The notes below the pieces were generated by a model that searched no databases, was not told where the DNA came from, and was given only the letters and a program-made list of their open reading frames with translations. Shown piece after piece: positions 1-8,900 of a stretch of DNA of 20,252 nucleotides (within the stretch, counting starts at the first letter, position 1; each line of letters opens with the position of its first letter). The DNA comes from Utricularia gibba (Eukaryota > Plantae > Magnoliophyta), in contig NEEC01000278.1 in assembly GCA_002189035.1 (NCBI GenBank), positions 1-20,252 on the forward strand, in the 5' to 3' direction. Position numbers and translations under genes: made by a program.

Positions 1-253
1 CCAAAGTAAGTTGTAGTCCGGCAAATAAAGTGATGTATTTATTATCGTTCGGTTTTCGGGGCTGCCTACATGGTTTTTCAAGGAACCGCTTCTCGTTTTG
101 TGGCGGCCAGTCTCGCTGGGAACTTGGTCCTTGACCCGATTCTGTATGGCTCATGAGGTCAACTGGATGCAAATCGATTAAAAAAAATGATGCATTTGTT
201 TAAATTACGATGTCACGTTCACCCCCACATGATTTTTTTCAACAACTTACTTT

Positions 254-553
254 ATACATGAGGAGGGGGTCTTGGGGGCACTTGGAACCGGAAAAATGTT
301 AGGCTTGGCCAAAGTAAGTGTAGCCCGGCAAAGAAAGTGATGTAGTTATTAACGTTCGGTTTTCGGTGTTGCCTACATGGTTTTAAGGAACAGCTTCTCG
401 TTTTTGGCGGCCAGTCTCGCTAGGAACTTGGTCCGGGCCCGCGATTCTTATGGCTCATGAGGACAAAAGGATGCTAATCGATGAAACAATGTTGCATTTG
501 TTTGAATTGCGATATCACGTGCACCCCACATGATTTTTTCAACAACTTACTTT
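254..553 (+). repeat. Full type B monomer
   Basis: B alleles run from head (ATACATGAGG) to tail (TTGCGATATCACG). Confidence 0.9.
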
Positions 554-862
554 ATACTTGAGCAGGCGGTCTTTGGGTGCACCTGGAACGGACAAAGGTA
601 AGGTTTGGCTTGCACCGAGAGTTAGTTGTAGTCCGGCAAATAAAGTGATGTATTAATTATCGTTCGGTTTTCGGGGGCTGCCTACATGGTTTTTCAAGGA
701 ACCGCTCTTTTTGGGTGGCCAGTCTCGCTGGGAACTTGGTCCTTGACCCGATTCTGTATGGCTCATGAGGTCAACTGGATGCAAATCGATTAAAAAAAAT
801 GATGCATTTGTTTAAATTATGATGTCACGTGCACCCCACATGATTTTTTAACAACATACTTT

Positions 863-1171
863 ATACATGAGGAGGCGGTCTTGGGGGCACTTGAACCGGA
901 AAAAATCAGCTTAGGCCTTGGCCAAAGTAAGTTGTAGCGCGGCAAAAGAAAGTGATGTATTTATTAACGTTCGGTTTTCGGTGTTGCCTACATGGTTTTT
1001 CAAGGAACAGCTTCTCGTTTTGTGGCGGCCAGTCTCGCTGGGAACGTTCTTGACCCCGATTCTGTATGGCTCATGAGGTCAACTGGATGCAAATCGATTA
1101 AAAAAAATGATGCATTTGTTTAAATTATGATGTCACGTGCACCCCACATGATTTTTTCAACAACTTACTTT
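863..1171 (+). repeat. Hybrid monomer: B head, A tail
   Basis: B alleles up to GGAACAGC (~1008); A alleles from GCTGGGAAC (~1038) onward. Confidence 0.88.
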
Positions 1172-1482
1172 ATACTTGAGCAGGCGGTCTTTGGGTGCAC
1201 TGGAACGGGACAAAGGTAATGTTTGGCTTGCACCGAGAGTTAGTTGTAGTCGGCAAATAAAGTGATGTATTTATTATCGTTCGGTTTTCGGGGGCTGCCT
1301 ACATGGTTTTCAAGGAACCGCTTCTCGTTTTGTGGCGGCCAGTCTCGCTGGGAACTTGGTCCTTGACCCCGATTCTGTATGGCTCATGAGGTCAACTGGA
1401 TGCAAATCGATTAAAAAAATGATGCATTTGTTTAAATTATGATGTCACGTGCACCCACATGATTTTTTCAACAACTTACTTT

Positions 1483-1794
1483 ATACTTGAGCAGGCGGTC
1501 TTTGGGTGCACCTGGAACGGGACAAAGGTAAGTTTGGCTTGCACGAAGTTAGTTGTAGTCCGGCAAATAAAGTGATGTATTTATTATCGTTCGGTTTTCG
1601 GTGTTGCCTACATGGTTTTTCAAGGAACAGCTTCTCGTTTTGTGGCGGCCAGTCTCGCTAGGAACTTGGTCCGGGCCCCGATTCTTTTATGGCTCATGAG
1701 GACAACTGGATGCAAATCGATTAAAAAAAATGATGCATTTGTTTAAATTATGATGTCACGTGCACCCCACATGATTTTTTCAACAACTTACTTT
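1483..1794 (+). repeat. Type A monomer with internal type B patch (~1602-1702)
   Basis: CGGTGTTGCC, AACAGC, GCTAGGAAC, CCGGGCCCC, ATTCTTTTATGG and GAGGACAA lie inside an A head and tail. Confidence 0.88.
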
Positions 1795-2730
1795 ATACTT
1801 GAGCAGGCGGTCTTTGGGTGCACCTGGAACGGGACAAAGGTAATGTTTGGCTTGCACCGAGAGTTAGTTGTAGTCCGGCAAATAAAGTGATGTATTTATT
1901 ATCGTTCGGTTTTCGGGGCTGCCTACATGGTTTTTCAAGGAACCGCTTTTTTGTGGCGGCCAGTCTCGCTGGAACTTGGTCCTTGACCCCGATTCTGTAT
2001 GGCTCATGAGGTCAACTGGATGCAAATCGATTAAAAAAAATGATGCATTTGTTTAAATTATGATGTCACGTGCACCCCACATGATTTTTTCAACAACTTA
2101 CTTTATACTTGAGCAGGCGGTCTTTGGGTGCACCTGGAACGGGACAAAGTAAGTTTGGCTTGCACCGAGAGTTAGTTGTAGTCCGGCAAATAAAGTGATG
2201 TATTTATTATCGTTCGGTTTTCGGGGGCTGCCTACATGGTTTTTGAAGGAACAGCTTCTCGTTTTGTGGCGGCCAGTCTCGCTGGGAACTTGGTCCTTGA
2301 CCCCGATTCTGTATGGCTCATGAGGCAACTGGATGCAAATCGATTAAAAAAAATTATGCATTTGTTTAAATTATGATGTCACGTGCACCCCACATGATTT
2401 TTTCAACAACTTACTTTATACTTGAGCAGGCGGTCTTTGGGTGCACCTGGAACGGGACAAAGGTAATGTTTGGCTTGCACCGAGAGTTAGTTGTAGTCCG
2501 GCAAATAAAGTGATGTATTTATTATCGTTCGGTTTTCGGGGCTGCCTACATGGTTTTTGAAGGAACAGCTTTCGTTTTGTGGCGGCCAGTCTCGCTGGGA
2601 ACTTGGTCCTTGACCCCGATTCTGCATGGCTCATGAGGTCAACTGGATGCAAATCGATTAAAAAAAATGATGCATTTGTTTAAATTATGATGTCACGTGC
2701 ACCCCACATGTTTTTTTACCAACATACTTT

Positions 2731-3040
2731 ATACATGAGGAGGCGGTCTTGGGGGCACTTGGAACCGGAAAAAATCAGCTTAGGCCTTGGCCCAAAGTAA
2801 GTTTAGCATGGCAAAGAAAGTGATGTATTTATTAACGTTCGGTTTTCGGTGTTGCCTACATGGTTTTTCAAGGAACAGCTTCTCGTTTTGTGGCGGCCAG
2901 TCTCCTAGGAACTTGGTCCGGGCCCGCGATTCTTTATGGCTCATGAGGACAAAAGGATGCAAATCGAGGAAACAATGTTGCATTTGTTTAAATTGCGATA
3001 TCACTTGCACCCCACATGATTTTTTTTAACAACATACTTT
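2731..3040 (+). repeat. Full type B monomer
   Basis: B alleles throughout; private variants GTCTCCTAGG, ATCGAGG and ATCACTTG. Confidence 0.9.
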
Positions 3041-3354
3041 ATACATGAGGAGGCGGTCTTGGGGGGCACTTGGAACCGGAAAAAGATCAGCTTAGGCTTG
3101 GCCCAAAGTAAGTTGTAGCCCGGCAAAGAAAGTGATGTATTTATTAACGTTCGGTTTTCGGTGTTGCCTACATGGTTTTTCAAGGAACAGTTTCTCGTTT
3201 TCTGGCGGCCAGTCTCGCTGGGAACTTGGTCCTTGACCCCGATTCTGTATGGCTCATGAGGTCAACTGGATGCAAATCGATTAAAAAAAATGATGCATTT
3301 GTTTAAATTACGATGTCACGTTCACCCCACATGATTTTTTCAACAACTTACTTT
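3041..3354 (+). repeat. Hybrid monomer: B head, A tail
   Basis: B alleles to ~3190; A alleles from GCTGGGAAC (~3217). Tail carries ATTACGATGTCACGTTCACC. Confidence 0.88.
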
Positions 3355-3665
3355 ATACATGAGGAGGCGGTCTTGGGGGGCACTTGGAACCGGAAAAAAT
3401 GTCAGCTTAGGCCTTGGCCCAAAGTAAGTTGTAGCCCGGCAAAGAAAGTGATGTAGTTATTAACGTTCGGTTTCGGTGTTGCCTACATGGTTTTTAAGGA
3501 ACAGCTTCTCGTTTTGTGGCGGCCAGTCTCGCTAGGAACTTGGTCCGGCCCGCGATTCTTTATGGCTCATGAGGACAAAGGATGCTAATCGATGAATACA
3601 ATGTTGCATTTGTTTAAATTGCGATATCACGTGCACCCCACACGATTTTTTCAACAACTTACTTT
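3355..3665 (+). repeat. Full type B monomer (last complete B copy in the window)
   Basis: B alleles throughout; shares TGATGTAGTTATT and ATGCTAATCGATGAA with the copy at 254-553. Confidence 0.9.
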
Positions 3666-5999
3666 ATACTTGAGCAGGCGGTTTGGGTGCACCTGGAACG
3701 GGACAAAGGTAAGGTTTGGCTTGCACCGAGAGTTAGTTGTAGTCCGGCAAATAAAGTGATGTATTATTATCGTTCGGTTTTCGGGGGCTGCCTACATGGT
3801 TTTTCAAGGAACCGCTTCTCGTTTTGTGGCGGCCAGTCTCGCTGGAACTTGGTCCTTGACCCCGATTCTGTATGGCTCATGAGGTCAACTGGATGCAAAT
3901 CGATTAAAAAAAATGATGCATTTGTTTGAATTATGATGTCACGTGCACCCCACATGATTTTTTCAACAACTTACTTTATACTTGAGCAGGCGGTCTTTGG
4001 GTGCACTGGAACGGACAAAGGTAATGTTTGGCTTGCACCGAGAGTTAGTTGTAGTCCGGCAAATAAAGTGATGTATTATTATCGTTCGGTTTTCGGGGGC
4101 TGCCTACATGGTTTTTCAAGGAACCGCTTCTCGTTTTGTGGCGGCCAGTCTCGCTGGGAACTTGGTCCTTGACCCCGATTCTGTATGGCTCATGAGGTCA
4201 ACTGGATGCAAATCGATTAAAAAAAATGATGCATTTCTTTAAATTATGATGTCACGTGCACCCCACATGATTTTTTCAACAACTTACTTTATACTTGAGC
4301 AGGCGGTCTTTGGGTGCACCTGGAACGGGACAAAGGTAATGTTTGGCTTGCACCGAGAGTTAGTTGTAGTCCGGCAAATAAAGTGATGTATTTATTATCG
4401 TTCGGTTTTCGGGGGCTGCCTACATGGTTTTTCAAGGAACAGCTTCTCGTTTTGTGGCGGCCAGTCTCGCTGGGAACTTGGTCCTTGACCCCGATTCTGT
4501 ATGGCTCATGAGGTCAACTGGATGCAAATCGATTAAAAAAATGATGCATTTGTTTAAATTATGATGTCACGTGCACCCCACATGATTTTTTCAACAACTT
4601 ACTTTATACTTGAGCAGGCGGTCTTTGGGTGCACCTGGAACGGGACAAAGGTAATGTTTGGCTTGCACCGAGAGTTAGTTGTAGTCCGGCAAATAAAGTG
4701 ATGTATTTATTATCGTTCGGTTTTCGGGGGCTGCCTACATGGTTTTTCAAGGAACCGCTTCTCGTTTGTGGCGGCCAGTCTCGCTGGGAACTTGGTCCTT
4801 GACCCCGATTCTGTATGGCTCATGAGGTCAACTGGATGCAAATCGATTAAAAAAAATGATGCATTTGTTTAAATTATGATGTCACGTGCACCCCACATGA
4901 TTTTTTCAACAACTTACTTTATACTTGAGCAGGCGGTCTTGGGTGCACCTGGAACGGGACAAAGGTAATGTTTGGCTTGCACCGAGAGTTAGTTGTAGTC
5001 CGGCAAATAAAGTGATGTATTTATTATCGTTCGGTTTTCGGGGGCTGCCTACATGGTTTTTCAAGGAACGCTTCTCGTTTTGTGGCGGCCAGTCTCGCTG
5101 GGAACTTGGTCCTTGACCCCGATTCTGTATGGCTCATGAGGTCAACTGGATGCAAATCGATTAAAAAAAATGATGCATTTTTTTAAATTATGATGTCACG
5201 TGCACCCCACATGATTTTTTCAACAACTTACTTTATACTTGAGCAGGCGGTCTTTGGGTGCACCTGGAACGGGACAAAGGTAATGTTTGGCTTGCACCGA
5301 GAGTTAGTTGTAGTCCGGCAAATAAAGTGATGTATTTATTATCGTTCGGTTTTCGGGTTGCCTACATGGTTTTTCAAGGAACCGCTTCTCGTTTTGTGGC
5401 GGCCAGTCTCGCTGGAACTTGGTCCGGGCCCCGATTCTTATGGCTCATGAGGTCAACTGGATGCAAATCGATTAAAAAAAATGATGCATTTCTTTAAATT
5501 ATGATGTCACGTGCACCCCACATGATTTTTTCAACAACTTACTTTATACTTGAGCAGGCGGTCTTTGGGTGCACCTGGAACGGGACAAAGGTAATGTTTG
5601 GCTTGCACCGAGAGTTAGTTGTAGTCCGGCAAATAAAGTGATGTATTTATTATCGTTCGGTTTTCGGGGGCTGCCTACATGGTTTTTCAAGGAACAGCTT
5701 CTCGTTTTGTGGCGGCCAGTCTCGCTGGGAACTTGGTCCTTGACCCCGATTCTGTATGGCTCATGAGGTCAACTGGATGCAAATCGATTAAAAAAAATGA
5801 TGCATTTGTTTAAATTATGATGTCACGTGCACCCACATGATTTTTTCAAACAACTTACTTTATACTTGAGCAGGCGGTCTTTGGGTGCACCTGGAACGGA
5901 CAAAGGTAATTTGGCTTGCACCGAGAGTTAGTTGTAGTCCGGCAAATAAAGTGATGTATTTATTATCGTTCGGTTTTCGGGGGCTGCCTACATGGTTTT
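3666..5999. repeat. Type A run (~7.5 monomers) with residual B alleles
   Basis: Near-consensus A monomers; AACAGC at 4441 and 5696, and GGGCCCCGATTCTTA at 5426-5440. Confidence 0.88.
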
Positions 6000-8900
6000 T
6001 AAGGAACAAGGAACCGCCCGATTCTCGAGGTCAACTGGATGCAAATGATTAAAAAAAATGATGCATTTGTTTAAATTATGATGTCACGTGCACCCCACAT
6101 GATTTTTTTCAACTTACGCGGTTTGGGACTGGAACTTGGTTGCCTTGCGGCACCCGATGGTCTGTATGGCTCATTGGTAGGTCATGATTCTGGATGCAAA
6201 TCGATTAAAAAATGAAAAATTATGATGCACGTTTGTTTAAATTATGAAAGTAAGTCACGTGCACATGGTTTCCCACATGATTTTTTCTCAACAACTGGAT
6301 GCAAATGATTTGATACGATGTGAGCAGGCGGTCTTTGGGTGCGGACCTAAGGTAACGGGACAAAGGTAGTTAGTTTGGCTTGTCACCGAGAGCATTAATA
6401 TTGTGATGTCCGGCAAAACGGTAAAGTGCTATTTATTATCGTTCGGTTTTCGGGGCTGCCTACATGGTTTTTCAAGGAACGCTTCTCGTTTTGTGGCGGC
6501 CAGTCTCGCTGGGAACTTGGTCCTTGACCCGATTCTGTATGGCTCATGAGGTCAACTGGATGCAAATCGATTAAAAAAAATGATGCATTTGTTTAAATTA
6601 TGATGTCACGTGCACCCCACATGATTTTTTCAACAACTTACTTTATACTTGAGCAGGCGGTCTTTGGGTGCACCTGGAACGGACACAAAGTTAATGTTTA
6701 ACAACACCGAGTCTTTATTGTACTGAGGAGGCAAATAAAGTGATTGGGGGCATTATCAACGGTTTTCTTGTTTGTAGCCCGCACATGGTTTTTCAAGGAA
6801 CCGCTTCTCGTTTTGTGGCGGCCAGTCTCGCTGGGAACTTGGTCCTTGACCCGATTCTGTATGGCTCATGAGGTCAACTGGATGCAAATCGATTAAAAAA
6901 AATGATGCATTTGTTTAAATTATGATGTCACGTGCACCCCACATGATTTTTTCAACAACTTACTTTATACTTGAGCAGGCGGTCTTTGGGTGCACCTGGA
7001 ACGGGACAAAGGTAATTAGTCAAGTGAACACCTTCTCGTTTTGTGGCCAGGCCAGTCTCTCCTGGAAAATCTTAAGTGATGTTTAAATTATGATGTCACG
7101 TGCACCCCACATGATTTTTCAACAACTTACTTTATACTTGAGCAGGCGGTCTTTGGGTGCACCTGGAACGGGACAAAGGTAAGTTTGGCTTGCACCGAGA
7201 GTTAGTTGTAGTCCGGCAAATAAAGTGATGTATTTATTATCGTTCGGTTTTCGGGGGCTGCCTACATGGTTTTTCAAGGAACCGCTTCTCGTTTTGTGGC
7301 GGCCAGTCTCGCTGGGAACTTGGTCCTTGACCCCGATTCTGTATGGCTCATGAGGTCAACTGGATGCAAATCGATTAAAAAAAATGATGCATTTGTTTAA
7401 ATTATGATGTCACGTGCACCCCACATGATTTTTTCAACAACTTACTTTATACTTGAGCAGGCGGTCTTTGGGTGCACCTGGAACGGGACAAAGAGTAATG
7501 TTTGGCTTGCACCGAGAGTTAGTTGTAGTCCGGCAAATAAAGTGATGTATTTATTATCGTTCGGTTTTCGGGGGCTGCCTACATGGTTTTTCAAGGAACC
7601 GCTTCTCGTTTTGTGGCGGCCAGTCTTCTCGTTTTGTGGCGGCCAGTCTCGCTGGGAACTTGGTCCTTGACCCCGATTCTGTATGGCTCATGAGGTCAAC
7701 TGGATGCAAATCGATTAAAAAAAATGATGCATTTGTTTAAATTATGATGTCACGTGCACCCCACATGATTTTTTCAACAACTTACTTTATACTTGAGCAG
7801 GCGGTCTTTGGGTGCACCTGGAACGGGACAAAGGTAATGTTTGGCTTGCACCGAGAGTTAGTTGTAGTCTAAAGTGATGTATTTATTATCACCGGAGAGT
7901 ACATGGTCCGGCAAATAAAGAACATGGCTTGTTTTGTGGGGGCCAGTCCGGCAAATAAAGTGATGTATTTATTATCGTTCGGTTTTTCGGGGGCTTGCCT
8001 ACATTCTGTTGGCAAGGAACAACTGGATTTTGGCAAATCTCACCCTAAATGATGCATGGCTTATGAGGTCATGCTCATGAGGTCAACTGGATGCAAATCG
8101 ATTAAAAAAATGATGCATGATGTCACGTGCACCCCACATGATTTTTTCAACAACTTACTTTATACTTGAGCAGGCGGTCTTTGGGTGCACCTGGAACGGG
8201 ACAAAGGTAATTTGGCTTGCACCGAGAGTTAGTTGTAGTCCGGCAAATAAAGTGATGTATTTATTATCGTTCGGTTTTCGGGGGCTGCCTACATGGTTTT
8301 TCAAGGAACCGCTTCTCGTTTTGTGGCGGCCAGTCTCGCTGGGAACTTGGTCCTTGACCCCGATTCTGTATGGCTCATGAGGTCAACTGGATGCAAATCG
8401 ATTAAAAAAAATGATGCATTTTTAAATTATGATGTCACGTGCACCCCACATGATTTTTTCAACAACTTACTTTATACTTGAGCAGGCGGTCTTTGGGTGC
8501 ACCTGGAACGGGACAAAGGTAATTGGCTTGCACCGAGAGTTAGTTGTAGTCCGGCAAATAAAGTGATGTATTTATTATCGTTCGGTTTTCGGGGCTGCCT
8601 ACATGGTTTTTCAAGGAACCGCTTCTCGTTTGTGGCATGGGTCAAGGGATGCAAATCGATTAAAAAAAATGTGCATTTGTTTAAATTATGATGTCACGTG
8701 CACCCCACATGATTTTTTCAACAACTTACTTTATACTTGAGCAGGCGGTCTTTGGGTGCACCTGGAACGGACAAAGGTAATACCCGGCAAATCACGGCTT
8801 CTCGTTTTGTGGCGGCCAGTCTCGCTGGGAACTTGGTCCTTGACATTCTGGATGCAAATCAACGATTAAAAAAAATGATGCATTTTTTAAATTATGATGT

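Larger units (their letters stand above)
1..3665. repeat. Mosaic domain of type A, type B and A/B hybrid monomers
   Basis: B-diagnostic strings (ATACATGAGGAGG, GGGGCACTTG, CAAAGTAAGT, AAAGAAAGTG, CGGTGTTGCC, GGGCCC, GAGGACAA, TTGCGATATC) are concentrated here. Confidence 0.92.

Noticed and set aside
7170-7190. Splice-donor-like AAG|GTAAGT suggesting a spliced-leader RNA gene array
   Set aside because: The perfect donor occurs in only a couple of variant copies (consensus is GGTAATG, absent in B). I found no recognisable leader or Sm site.
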